Shown here: positions 1 through 9,240 of the stretch, one piece after another
How the letters are laid out: each line of letters starts with the position of its first letter
How positions within the stretch are numbered: the stretch's first letter is position 1
Origin: Bacilli bacterium
Lineage (GTDB): Bacteria > Bacillota_I > Bacilli_A > RF39 > UBA660
Assembly (NCBI GenBank): GCA_036342255.1
Contig: JAZAUS010000008.1
Location: forward strand, 7,661 to 71,660
DNA length: 64,000 nt
Direction: 5' to 3'
Notes under the pieces: model-generated
The model's database searches: none
Told to the model about the DNA's origin: nothing
What the model saw: the letters and a program-made list of their open reading frames with translations, nothing else
Program-made: the position numbers and the translations under genes

Positions 1-812
1 ATTACTCCTATAAAATATATTACTGATAGGATGGTAATGTTTTCTTTTAGATTTTTATTTGTTTTAAATAGTAATAATATACCTAGACCACTTCCTGTTA
101 ATAGGCCTGCTAGCATTGTTCCTATACTTATCATTTTAGATAGATATAATTCTGTAATAATAACGCTTCCAGCACAGTTTGGGATTAAGCCTACTAGGCT
201 AGATATAAAGTAAGTTAGAATATTACCATTTAGTAATAGTTTAGATACGTTATCTTCTCCTACTTTAAAGATTATTATATTAATTAATAGATTGGCGATT
301 AAGATAAATATACCTATTTTTAGGGTATGTTTTATACTTGATAATATTATGCCATCATGGTCACAGCTACAATGATCATGTTCACATATTTCTTTAATTC
401 TTTCTTTTCTTTTTTGTTGATTCTTTCTATATATAAGATCAATAATAATACCTATAATAATACCTACTATTACTTTAAAGGCTATTATTTTAATTAATAT
501 CATAATATTTACTTTTTCACTTATCATTATTGGGAGCATTTCATCGCTAGTTGATAAGAATACTGCTATTAGGGTTCCCATAGTTATTACTTTGGCTGAG
601 AATAAATTGGCAGCCATTGAGCTAAAGCCACATTGTGGTAAGGCTCCTAATATACCTCCTACTAAGGGGCCATATTTTTGGTTATTTGATAATATTTTTT
701 GGCTTTTTTTACTGAATTTATGTTCTATATATTCTAATAATAAAAATGTAATTAATAAATATGGCAGTAGTTTTAATGTATCTATTAAACCATCTATTAG
801 ACAATCTATCAT
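1..812 (-). CDS. Multi-pass membrane permease, ArsP_2-like (putative 10TM metal exporter family); 3' end lies beyond window
   Basis: Absent from ORF track because it runs off the edge. ATG at 812 preceded by AAGGTGA. My translation: MIDCLIDGLIDTLKLLPYLL..GALPQCGFS..CEHDHCSCDHDG..PNCAGS, mostly hydrophobic helices. Confidence 0.55.
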   Translation of the reverse strand, partial: MIDCLIDGLIDTLKLLPYLLITFLLLEYIEHKFSKKSQKILSNNQKYGPLVGGILGALPQCGFSSMAANLFSAKVITMGTLIAVFLSTSDEMLPIMISEKVNIMILIKIIAFKVIVGIIIGIIIDLIYRKNQQKRKERIKEICEHDHCSCDHDGIILSSIKHTLKIGIFILIANLLINIIIFKVGEDNVSKLLLNGNILTYFISSLVGLIPNCAGSVIITELYLSKMISIGTMLAGLLTGSGLGILLLFKTNKNLKENITILSVIYFIGV

Positions 813-955
813 ATAATCACCTTCTTTATATATTTCATTTTATTTATATAGACATTACAAATACTATTAATAATTATATATATTTTTTTAATAATTGCAA
901 GAGAAAAGATTAAACTTATGGTTTGATCTGTATTAATTTATTTTATAATTATTTA

Positions 956-1441
956 TTAGAGAATAAATTGAATTATTAATCCTGCTAAAAAGCATATTAT
1001 AATGGCTAAGGCTTCACCTATAAAGAAGCCTTTTATATGGAATAAGTAATTATGATATTCATCTATAATATCTTCAGTTCCTTTAAAAATAAAATATTTA
1101 TCATGACAAAACCAGATTATATCTAATACTATTAGATCCCATAGATTTACTATTGTCCATAATATAAATCCATAGATACAACTTTCTTTGAAAGTTGTAT
1201 AGCCATTAATATATCTTAATACAATACAAATAATTATTAAGAATAAGATTGATGCTAATATTTTGGCTATAATTTTATTTTCTTGAGTAGGAATTTTATT
1301 TTTATATTCGGCTAGTGATTTTACTCTATCTTGTATTTTGGGGGGATAATTATATAATGTCTTGATGGGTTCTCTAGACATTATATAGACCATTATGGTA
1401 AATATTAAACATAAGATAATACTTTCTATTATTATAATCAT
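956..1441 (-). CDS. Small integral membrane protein (about 4 TM), unknown function
   Basis: 161-aa ORF with hydrophobic segments (IIIIESIILCLIFTIMVYI, ILASILFLIIICIVL, ALAIIICFLAGLII); no recognisable catalytic motif. Confidence 0.45.
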   Translation of the reverse strand: MIIIIESIILCLIFTIMVYIMSREPIKTLYNYPPKIQDRVKSLAEYKNKIPTQENKIIAKILASILFLIIICIVLRYINGYTTFKESCIYGFILWTIVNLWDLIVLDIIWFCHDKYFIFKGTEDIIDEYHNYLFHIKGFFIGEALAIIICFLAGLIIQFIL

Positions 1442-1522
1442 GTTATCACATCCTATAGATAATTATATCATAATATAAATATGTTTAGATAAATAAAAAG
1501 GCACTTAATGTGCCCTTGTTAA

Positions 1523-2680
1523 TTAATTATTTTTTAGTAATAATGTTTTACTGAAACCTATAAGGCTTAGTACTAGCATTAGTACATAATATAAAATGTT
1601 ATCTCCTGTTTTAGGATTAGTTGTTTCTGTATTAGTTGAATTTGTTTCAGTATTTGTTTCTTCTTTATTAGGAGTATTTTTTACTACATTAAATGAAGTA
1701 GTTGCTGTTTTATCATCGTTAAATACAACTTTTAATGTATGTTCTCCTTCTGATAAAGTGTCTACAAATTCTTTTTTTAGAGTTATAATTGTGCTTCCAG
1801 ATCTTGAAGTATAGTTTTCTGGGTCAACTAGAATATCATCTACATATACTTTTCCACCTTCTTCAAATAGGCTGTAATCAGCGTCTATTTCGAATTCGGC
1901 TTCAGTATTATTATCTACTGTATATGTTTGATCTGCTCCTTCTATTACTTCATAAGAAGATTCATAAAAGGCTGCTGCGATTGTTTCTACATCACCTTCT
2001 ACTAGAGCTTCTGTTGTAAATGAATACTCTAAGTCTGTTGATTGGACTACTACAGATATTTTTCCTGTTTCAACATCAAATACATACCAACCATCAAAGC
2101 TATTACCTGTGTCTGGTATTACTTTTACTGTTACTGTTGTTCCGGCTGGTACTTGGTATGTTTTGTTTGTTGTATCGCATATTTTATCATTTATGCCTTC
2201 TCCAGAAATTGTGAAACATCCGTTTCCATGAGCAACTTTTGCTACGACAGTAGTTAGTTCTCTATGATCTAGTACAACATCATCTGAATAATCACTTACA
2301 GCTCCATTTTCTGTATAAACTACTACAGCAAAAGTTCTTGATTCTCCAGATTTTACTTCTATTGAATATGGTGATTCAAAGTCTGGATCAGATGTGTCAG
2401 TTGAATATATTTTCTTATATTCATTATTAATTTTTTCATATAGTATCCAACCATCTATTAAGCAATAAGGTGTTTCTCCTTCTTGTGCTGGTAAAAGCCA
2501 ATCTTCAAAATTAAGTCCTACATCATATGAATAAATATTGTTTTCACTTGATTTTAGCTCAGTAGTGATTCTTGGTTTTCCTGTTATTGTAGCAGCATTT
2601 ACTTTGGTAAATGGTATTGATAACATTATTGCTAAAACAAATACTAATACATACTTTCCTATTTTAAAAAGCTTTTTCAT
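1523..2680 (-). CDS. Secreted cell-surface protein with sortase-type C-terminal anchor
   Basis: Start reset to MKKLFKIGKYVLV (GGAGGGAAAAAA-ATG at 2680). Signal peptide ..TKVNA/A. C-terminus has NPKTGDN, a hydrophobic helix and a basic tail, like an LPXTG-type sorting signal. Confidence 0.6.
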   Translation of the reverse strand: MKKLFKIGKYVLVFVLAIMLSIPFTKVNAATITGKPRITTELKSSENNIYSYDVGLNFEDWLLPAQEGETPYCLIDGWILYEKINNEYKKIYSTDTSDPDFESPYSIEVKSGESRTFAVVVYTENGAVSDYSDDVVLDHRELTTVVAKVAHGNGCFTISGEGINDKICDTTNKTYQVPAGTTVTVKVIPDTGNSFDGWYVFDVETGKISVVVQSTDLEYSFTTEALVEGDVETIAAAFYESSYEVIEGADQTYTVDNNTEAEFEIDADYSLFEEGGKVYVDDILVDPENYTSRSGSTIITLKKEFVDTLSEGEHTLKVVFNDDKTATTSFNVVKNTPNKEETNTETNSTNTETTNPKTGDNILYYVLMLVLSLIGFSKTLLLKNN

Positions 2681-2780
2681 TTTTTTCCTCCCTGGTGTAT
2701 AGTATAGCATTATATTTTATTTTGGCAACAAATTTTTATTATTATTTCTTTATAATTATTATATTATTGACTATTTATAA

Positions 2781-3176
2781 TTATGATATATTGATTATAT
2801 CATCTATATTTATTTTCTTTTTATTAGTTAATATGATGGTGTTATAGACGGAATCTATTTGTTTTATATTGGCTGTAATAGTATTATAAGAGTCGCCTTT
2901 TTTCTTTAAATCTTTTATGAAGTATGTTATTGTTACTTGAGGTAATTCTTTGATATGGTTATTAATTATGGTTAGTTTTTCGTTTATTATTTGTTTCATT
3001 TCTTCAGATAGTTCTATTTTAGAGTTAGTTAATCGGGCTGTTTCGGCTACGGCATCTCCATAACCGTTAAGGGCTGCGAAGGGGGCAAATTGGGCGGCTC
3101 TTGCTTCTATTGACATTCTTTTATGTCTAGTAGATGTATGGTGCTGTAAATTAATAATATCACTATAATTATTCAT
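2781..3176 (-). CDS. YolD-like protein (accessory partner of Y-family polymerase)
   Basis: Motif RAAQFAPFAALNGY is typical of the YolD family. 4-nt ATGA overlap with the upstream polymerase gene. Confidence 0.7.
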   Translation of the reverse strand: MNNYSDIINLQHHTSTRHKRMSIEARAAQFAPFAALNGYGDAVAETARLTNSKIELSEEMKQIINEKLTIINNHIKELPQVTITYFIKDLKKKGDSYNTITANIKQIDSVYNTIILTNKKKINIDDIINIS

Positions 3177-4675
3177 TCGCTATGGCCTCCTATTTGCTTA
3201 TTTCTCTCTATGGTTCTAGCTCCTTTTATATAATTCATTCCTCTTAGGATAGAGTTTTTACCATATTTATTTTTTATGTCGATAATAACTTTTTGTAGTT
3301 CTCTTTCTTTTATTTCTTCTTCTTTTTGTTTTTTATTAATATTATCTATTTTACATAGATCTGTAAAGATGTCATATTGTTTATATATTACTTTACTATT
3401 TGCTTTTTCTTCAGTTATGAGGTTATTAAAAGAGATAGTTATTCTTCTTACTAATAGGTGTTTATTAGTAATTTTTTTATATAGTTCAACAATTTTTTTG
3501 GTGATGAGGCTTGAGGATGAGGTTTGGTGATCTATTCTGATGGTTCCATGAGATGGTTTGGGTACTCTTCTTCCGTAATAGTCTTTGGTTATTTCTCCTA
3601 TATAGTTATCTCTTATGTTAGGGCTTGATAAGTTATTTATATCATAATTTATGGTTAAGACTATTTGGTCTGTTACTAGTTTTCTGGATACTAGTTCTAA
3701 TGTTAGTAGATCGGTCATTTCTTTTACTATTAATAGGGCTTGTTCATAAGTATAGGGCTCTGGTAAGACTTGGCCGGATGAGATACTGTTAGAACTTGGG
3801 CGATAAGCTTTTATTTCTTTTATGGTTACGGGTTCCCAGCCCCAGGCATGATCTATTAATAGTTCGGCATTGATACCGAATAGTTTATATAGTAAGTCTT
3901 CATTGTTAAGAGAGCATCTAGCTATATCTCCCATGGTATAGAGATTATTTTGGGTTAATTTATTATAGTAGCCACTTCCTACTCTCCAGAAGTCTGTTAG
4001 GGGCTGATGATTCCATAATAGTTTTCGATACAGCATTTCATCTAGACAAGCTATTCTTACGCCTTTATTATTGGCTTTTTTATGTTTGGCTACGATATCC
4101 ATGGCTACTTTGGCTAGATACATATTAGTTCCTATTCCTGCTGTTGCAGTTATTCCAGTGGTGTCATAGACATCATTTAATATTCTTGTGATAAACTCTG
4201 TTGGTTTCATTTTATTGAATGTTAGATAAGGAGTTATATCACAGAAGACTTCATCTATGGAATAGACATGGATATCATTTGGTGATAGATATTTTAGATA
4301 GATATTATATATTTTGGTACTATACTCTACATATTTAGCCATTCTAGGAGGGGCTGTTATATAATCTAGTTTTAGATTGGGATTATTTTTTAAGTCAGAA
4401 TCTAGATATGAGGATGAGGTGAATCTTTTATATTTTGTTTTATATCTTCTTTCGTTATTTATATTCTTTACTTTTTGGATTACCTCAAATAATCTGGCTC
4501 TTCCTGGAATACCATATTGTTTTAGTGATGGGCTTACAGCTAGGCAGATAGTTTTCTCAGTTCTAGAATTATCGGCTACTACGAGATTGGTATTTAATGG
4601 ATCTAGGTGTCTTTCTACACATTCTACTGATGCATAGAAGCTTTTTAGATCGATACAGGTATATATTTTATTCAT
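3173..4675 (-). CDS. Y-family (UmuC/DinB/UvrX-like) translesion DNA polymerase
   Basis: N-terminus IDLKSFYASVECVERHLDP..LVVAD, YSIDEVFCDIT and overall 500-aa Y-family layout. LexA box in its promoter. Confidence 0.85.
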   Translation of the reverse strand: MNKIYTCIDLKSFYASVECVERHLDPLNTNLVVADNSRTEKTICLAVSPSLKQYGIPGRARLFEVIQKVKNINNERRYKTKYKRFTSSSYLDSDLKNNPNLKLDYITAPPRMAKYVEYSTKIYNIYLKYLSPNDIHVYSIDEVFCDITPYLTFNKMKPTEFITRILNDVYDTTGITATAGIGTNMYLAKVAMDIVAKHKKANNKGVRIACLDEMLYRKLLWNHQPLTDFWRVGSGYYNKLTQNNLYTMGDIARCSLNNEDLLYKLFGINAELLIDHAWGWEPVTIKEIKAYRPSSNSISSGQVLPEPYTYEQALLIVKEMTDLLTLELVSRKLVTDQIVLTINYDINNLSSPNIRDNYIGEITKDYYGRRVPKPSHGTIRIDHQTSSSSLITKKIVELYKKITNKHLLVRRITISFNNLITEEKANSKVIYKQYDIFTDLCKIDNINKKQKEEEIKERELQKVIIDIKNKYGKNSILRGMNYIKGARTIERNKQIGGHSE

Positions 4676-4693
4676 AGACTCGCCTCACTTCAT

Positions 4694-4707
4694 AGAACAC
4701 TTGTTCG
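4694..4707 (-). promoter_or_regulatory. LexA (Cheo/SOS) box
   Basis: Minus strand CGAACAAGTGTTCT matches the Firmicute CGAAC-N4-GTTC consensus, 9 nt downstream of the -10 of the polymerase promoter. Confidence 0.75.
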
Positions 4708-4715
4708 TCTATATA

Positions 4716-4744
4716 AGTATATCAATCTATTGGTGGTTAGTCAA
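4716..4744 (-). promoter_or_regulatory. Sigma-A promoter of the Y-family polymerase/yolD operon
   Basis: TTGACT-17-TATACT. Confidence 0.6.
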
Positions 4745-4756
4745 TATTATTTTAAA

Positions 4757-4789
4757 TAAAAAAATCCAGAATTAAATCTGGATTTTTTT
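4757..4789. terminator. Bidirectional intrinsic terminator
   Basis: A7-ATCCAGA-N6-TCTGGAT-T6. Confidence 0.65.
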
Positions 4790-5252
4790 AGTAATTATCA
4801 ATTTCTTCTAATTTTTCTTCTAGAAGTTTTATTGATTCTTTGTTGTAAATAGATTTCTTTTTACCTTTATATTTAATTGTATATGGTTCATAGTTTTTAG
4901 GATTATTTATATCTTCTTTAGAGATTAAATCATTTAATAAATCTTTTAATTCTTTAGTAGTACTACTATTAATAGTTTTATTATAAATCTCTTTTCCTTT
5001 ATAATCATAATGACCACCTTGAATGGAAGCATTGTAACTATCTTCTAACTTTTTAATACTTTTTTTGTTGGGATTGAATTCATAGTATACACTGGTATTA
5101 CTACCTCCATCATTTTGCATAGTAAGATATTTTAAATCTGTAGTAATTGTATATATATTATTATCTGATTCTTTGATTAATACTTTTATACCTATAAAAG
5201 TAAAGATGATAATTAATATAATGATAAATAATATAATTAGTTTCTTTTTCAT
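4788..5252 (-). CDS. Membrane-anchored/secreted hypothetical protein
   Basis: 154 aa with an N-terminal hydrophobic helix (KKLIILFIIILIIIFTFIGI); the rest is hydrophilic and Lys/Asn rich. Confidence 0.45.
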   Translation of the reverse strand: MKKKLIILFIIILIIIFTFIGIKVLIKESDNNIYTITTDLKYLTMQNDGGSNTSVYYEFNPNKKSIKKLEDSYNASIQGGHYDYKGKEIYNKTINSSTTKELKDLLNDLISKEDINNPKNYEPYTIKYKGKKKSIYNKESIKLLEEKLEEIDNY

Positions 5253-5280
5253 TTTACACCTCTATTTTTAATCTATATTA

Positions 5281-5625
5281 TTATTCTTGATTATTCCTTT
5301 TTAATGAATCTAGTGCTTTTAACTTGATTCTTTCTTCTTCTGCTTCTTTTATTAATTTGTTGTATTTACTTTTGTTAAGTATACTGGCTTCTGATTTTAA
5401 CTGTTCTAATGTGCGTATTCTTTCTTTAAGTTTAAAGTTTTCTAGTTTATGTGTTCCATTTATTAAATCTTCTTTTTCAAGTTCTAATTGTTTTAATTCT
5501 TTTGTTGGGGAATTTGGTTGGTCTTCATCATGCCCTATACTACATATGTGTTGTTTTAATTTTTCTATTCTTTTGTCTATTCTTTCTAGTTCTTTTTTCT
5601 TATAATCATCCATATCATTATTCAC
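5281..5625 (-). CDS. Coiled-coil hypothetical protein
   Basis: 114 aa, Lys/Glu-rich heptad-like sequence, no motif. Confidence 0.4.
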   Translation of the reverse strand: MNNDMDDYKKKELERIDKRIEKLKQHICSIGHDEDQPNSPTKELKQLELEKEDLINGTHKLENFKLKERIRTLEQLKSEASILNKSKYNKLIKEAEEERIKLKALDSLKRNNQE

Positions 5626-5697
5626 GTATAATCACCTCTATGGTTTAATTATATATTATTTATATATTTGTTGCAATAATATTTGTTTTTAAGTGAT

Positions 5698-5730
5698 AAA
5701 AAAGTTTCTCACAATTTTTTGTGAGAAACT
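5698..5730 (-). terminator. Intrinsic terminator after the DUF4190-like gene
   Basis: 12-bp stem AGTTTCTCACAA/TTGTGAGAAACT followed by U5 on the minus strand. Confidence 0.7.
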
Positions 5731-5744
5731 TTTATATATAATTA

Positions 5745-6005
5745 TTATAGTGAGGCATTTTGTAGGATTATTATTATGGCTAGGGAGATATAGATTAGTA
5801 GACAGATGGCTACTCCTATAATGCCGGTTATTAGGCCGGCTAGTCCTATTTTTTTGCCTTCTTTTTTATAAGATTTGGCTCCTAATACTATGGCTGTTAT
5901 ACCAGATGGTAGGGATATATACCAGAATAAGGTTGTTACTATGGAAATAATTCCTAGTACTAGTGATACTATATGTGATACTATTCTATTATTATTAGTT
6001 TTCAT
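5745..6005 (-). CDS. Small membrane protein, DUF4190-like
   Basis: 86 aa with two Gly-rich TM helices (LVLGIISIV..AIVLGAKS..GLAGLITGIIGVAI). 11-nt overlap with the upstream gene. Confidence 0.5.
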   Translation of the reverse strand: MKTNNNRIVSHIVSLVLGIISIVTTLFWYISLPSGITAIVLGAKSYKKEGKKIGLAGLITGIIGVAICLLIYISLAIIIILQNASL

Positions 6006-7995
6006 CTTTGTCCTCCTTTTTTAATTTTAGATTACTTATTTCTTTTAGGTCTTCTAGTTTATTTATTTTTATTTCAGATTCAGATACTGTATATAGGTTA
6101 TCTTCTATATATAGTCCTCTTAATAATTTAGATGGATAATAGTAGTATCTTGGTGTAGTATCTTTTTCGTGATTGATAACTCCTTTTAGTTTAAAGCCTT
6201 TTAGATCTATATGGTATACAAAGTATCCTTCTGATATGTAATTATCTTTTTGGGTAAAGTTTTCTATTTCTTCTTCATAAGTATCTGTTTCTTTTACAGA
6301 GAAATCTTCTTGATAGTTATTTACCGGGATGGCTAGTAATTGTTTTTCTTTAGAGAATAATAGGGCTTTAGGGTTTGTTAGGATTGCTGATACTGTTCTA
6401 GAGTCTCCTATTACAGTTTTGTCTATTTCTTTTGGGTGGTTTATATCTGTTACGTCAAATAGACACATTTTCATTCCTGTTATGGTAGCCCAGCTACTGG
6501 TTACGTTTCCATTACTATCTCTATTAATTACTTCTTTGGTATCCATACCTATTCCTATTAAATGGTTTTCATCATATGGATGTAGATAAGTGCTGTAACC
6601 TGGTATTTTTAATTCTCCTAGTACTTTAGGGTGTTTTGGATCTTTTAGGTCTATTACAAATAAGGGATCAGTATTTTTATAAGTTACTAGATAAGCTTTA
6701 TCTCCTATGAAACGAGATGCATACATTCTTTCATTTTCTTCTAGTTTTTCTGTTTCTCCTAATAGTTTTAGATTCTTATCTAGGATGGCTATTCTTGTTC
6801 CATCATCTGTTTCTAGAGCTATTCTAATATTTCCATTATATTCATCTAATGAATACTGATTAATAGTACTTCCTTCTATAGTAGTATTAGTAAGATATGT
6901 TACTCCTTTTTTGTTATCTATGTTGAATTTATATATTTTTGTTTTGCTTTTATATGAATAATCATCATTATCAATGGCATCTATTAGGCCAAAGACTCCT
7001 TTTAAGCCAAAGATGCTTTTAAGGCTTATTCTTCCATTAGAGTAATCTTCATCTAATAGATAGATATTATTTTTAGAGATATATGTGTTAGAGATATCTA
7101 TTAAGTATGAAGATAATTTAATATCTTTTATGTTATTTAGATCTAGTTCTGCTATTAGGGTTTGGTAGTTTTCAAAATGATCTTTTAGATAATAAATATT
7201 ATTGGTATTTATTTTTTTAGTTGTATTATCTTCTTTATAGTCTATAGATATTTTTTTATCTTTTTCTCTTAAATAACCTTTAGAGAAGATATATAGTTTT
7301 CCATTAATAGATCTTGTTGTGTAATATGGTTCTTGTAATTCAATTTTTTTTAGTAATTTGGGATTAGTTTTATCTTTTAGGTCATATACTTCTACGATAG
7401 TATTTTTATTATCGTAATATCTATAAGAACTATTACCTCTTACTATGTTATCATTTATTTCAGCAGATATAATTACTAATTTATTTTTATATAGTAATAG
7501 GTCAGATGGGATATTATTTTCATTATAGATTGTTGATTCTATAATTGGCTTGGATGAATCTTTTACATTAGTAATTATTACTTTATTTTCAGATATAGAA
7601 TATATATAATCTCCATCTGTTTTTAAGATATCAGCTTCATCTACTCCTTCTACTTGGATATTAGTTTCTGAATAATCTTTTTTAGTTCCTCCAGTTGTTG
7701 TAGAAGAACTAGTTGCTGTATCTTCTTCTTCTATATCTGTAGTTTTGTTATAATCTACTCCTCCCCAGGTATTATAATATCTTGGGCTGTAAGAATGTTC
7801 TACTAATATAGAGAATGGTAATGTGATTAGTTTTTGTATTAGTGAAAGATTTGTTTCTCCTTTTTGATTATATAAATTATATAATTCTTTTTCACTTTTT
7901 ATTGTTCTTATTTCATTATTATTTGTTTTACTAAATATTACAAATAATAATAGTATAGCAAGTATAGGTATTATTATTATCTTTTTATTTTTCAT
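5995..7995 (-). CDS. Secreted beta-propeller domain protein (Beta_propel family)
   Basis: N-terminal signal anchor. C-terminal YASRFIGDKAYLVTYKNTDPLFVIDLKDPKHPKVLGELKIPGYSTYLHPYDENHLIGIG matches the Firmicute/archaeal beta-propeller family. Confidence 0.7.
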   Translation of the reverse strand: MKNKKIIIIPILAILLLFVIFSKTNNNEIRTIKSEKELYNLYNQKGETNLSLIQKLITLPFSILVEHSYSPRYYNTWGGVDYNKTTDIEEEDTATSSSTTTGGTKKDYSETNIQVEGVDEADILKTDGDYIYSISENKVIITNVKDSSKPIIESTIYNENNIPSDLLLYKNKLVIISAEINDNIVRGNSSYRYYDNKNTIVEVYDLKDKTNPKLLKKIELQEPYYTTRSINGKLYIFSKGYLREKDKKISIDYKEDNTTKKINTNNIYYLKDHFENYQTLIAELDLNNIKDIKLSSYLIDISNTYISKNNIYLLDEDYSNGRISLKSIFGLKGVFGLIDAIDNDDYSYKSKTKIYKFNIDNKKGVTYLTNTTIEGSTINQYSLDEYNGNIRIALETDDGTRIAILDKNLKLLGETEKLEENERMYASRFIGDKAYLVTYKNTDPLFVIDLKDPKHPKVLGELKIPGYSTYLHPYDENHLIGIGMDTKEVINRDSNGNVTSSWATITGMKMCLFDVTDINHPKEIDKTVIGDSRTVSAILTNPKALLFSKEKQLLAIPVNNYQEDFSVKETDTYEEEIENFTQKDNYISEGYFVYHIDLKGFKLKGVINHEKDTTPRYYYYPSKLLRGLYIEDNLYTVSESEIKINKLEDLKEISNLKLKKEDKDEN

Positions 7996-8056
7996 ATAAT
8001 CCTCCTTATGGTTTTATTATAACATAGTATTATTATTTGTTAATAGTTTTGTTTAT

Positions 8057-8087
8057 AAAAAAATCTAGATAAAATAATTATCTAGAT
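8057..8087 (-). terminator. Intrinsic terminator (second of a tandem pair after the Abi gene)
   Basis: ATCTAGATAA/TTATCTAGAT stem + U7. Confidence 0.6.
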
Positions 8088-8093
8088 TAAAAT

Positions 8094-8158
8094 TAAAAAA
8101 ATAGGGCTCTATCCGAGAATAGACCCCTTACAAAAATGTATTACCATTTTTTCCTTGC
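8094..8158 (-). ncRNA. Possible micro transcription unit (about 65 nt; 12-codon ORF or sRNA) downstream of the Abi gene
   Basis: TTGACA-17-TATATT (8165-8193), AAGGAAAAA-ATG MVIHFCKGSILG stop, hairpin GGGTCTAT..ATAGAGCCC + U7. It could simply be the Abi terminator. Confidence 0.25.
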
Positions 8159-8194
8159 ATAGACAATATATCATATTTTTTCATCTATGTCAAA

Positions 8195-9184
8195 CTATTG
8201 TTCCAAGTTTTCTTTATAGTTTTTTTCAATTATCTTATCAAAATATTCATAAATGGATTTCAATAGTCCATTATTATTATAGTATTTTTCATTAAGAATT
8301 ATTCTTTTATAAAACAATTTACTTAATTCGTGATTTACATTTTGTTTAACACCTGTACTACTTATTATTTCATCAAATAAGTATAAAGTATAAGTAATTT
8401 GCCTAATTCTTGAATTTCTTAATTTATTAGTTCTGTTTTCTTTTCCAATTCCACATTTTTGTAGATAATTAATAACTAATGTATCTGCCCTATATGGATT
8501 GTCTTTTTTATCTAATTCAGATAATACACAAGAATTATGTGCTACAGCATTTCTAAGTTTGTTTACTTCTCTTAGAATAAATATATATTTATTATCTTCA
8601 AGATGATACTCTTTTGTAAAAAAATCAAAAAAGTTTATTAGTTCTCCAAATGTTATTATTTCTAAGAATTCCCATATTGGAATATTTTCAATTTTTGAAT
8701 CACCATCTAAATCATATTTTGAAAATATTTTATTATAGTATTCATTTGTTACTTTTTTTCTAATACTATCATGAATTCTTTTTGGATATTTTGTATCATT
8801 ATAATCATTTTCTAAATATAAATTTACTATATTATATCCATTTTCGTTTTCTAATTCTTCTATTGTATTTAGTATTCTTATTTTAAGATAGTGCTCTATA
8901 TCAATTATCATTTTAAATAATATTATTCTAGTTCTATAATCAATGATAGATAAATCTATTAAATAAGCAAAATCTAAATCAATATATTTACCTTTTAAAT
9001 CACCACATTGATATTTTGTAAAATTATTTTTATAAGCAGTTAGATTATAATAATTATTATTCTCTCTTAAATATTTTTCAGCTTCTTCTTCAGAACATTC
9101 TTCAAATTTAATGTTTTTCTTTTTTAGATATGGAACCATTTCTGATATTTTCATCATTGGTCTTAAAATTATTTTATTTGTCAT
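8195..9184 (-). CDS. Abi_2 (AbiD/AbiF-like) abortive-infection protein with HEPN motif
   Basis: 329 aa. KLRNAVAHNS fits the R-N-x3-H HEPN signature in the position typical of Abi_2 proteins. Own ATGTTATAAT promoter at 9214-9223. Confidence 0.7.
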   Translation of the reverse strand: MTNKIILRPMMKISEMVPYLKKKNIKFEECSEEEAEKYLRENNNYYNLTAYKNNFTKYQCGDLKGKYIDLDFAYLIDLSIIDYRTRIILFKMIIDIEHYLKIRILNTIEELENENGYNIVNLYLENDYNDTKYPKRIHDSIRKKVTNEYYNKIFSKYDLDGDSKIENIPIWEFLEIITFGELINFFDFFTKEYHLEDNKYIFILREVNKLRNAVAHNSCVLSELDKKDNPYRADTLVINYLQKCGIGKENRTNKLRNSRIRQITYTLYLFDEIISSTGVKQNVNHELSKLFYKRIILNEKYYNNNGLLKSIYEYFDKIIEKNYKENLEQ

Positions 9185-9240
9185 GTATTACACCTTCTTT
9201 AGTCATTGAGAGTATTATAACATAATTTAATAAAAAGTAA

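Noticed and set aside
31-816. Plus-strand ORFs 31-213 and 592-816
   Set aside because: They are antisense to a continuous minus-strand permease gene (1-812) that the track omitted only because it runs off the window edge.
1596-2257. Plus-strand ORFs (1596-1814, 1789-2019, 2020-2214, 2042-2257) antisense to the surface-protein gene. The same class occurs across the window, e.g. 3276-3530, 4377-4637, 5324-5648, 6329-6589, 15464-16593, 17529-18052, 18507-18833, 19675-19920, 24825-25139, 26065-26939, 27705-28025, 33315-33900, 51655-52068, 53553-53936, 57214-57423, 58987-59199, 60822-61043, 61514-62299
   Set aside because: They are Leu/Phe/Ser/Ile-rich low-complexity mirror translations of AT-rich minus-strand genes. 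They have no SD or promoter, and each is nested in a longer ORF with recognisable motifs.
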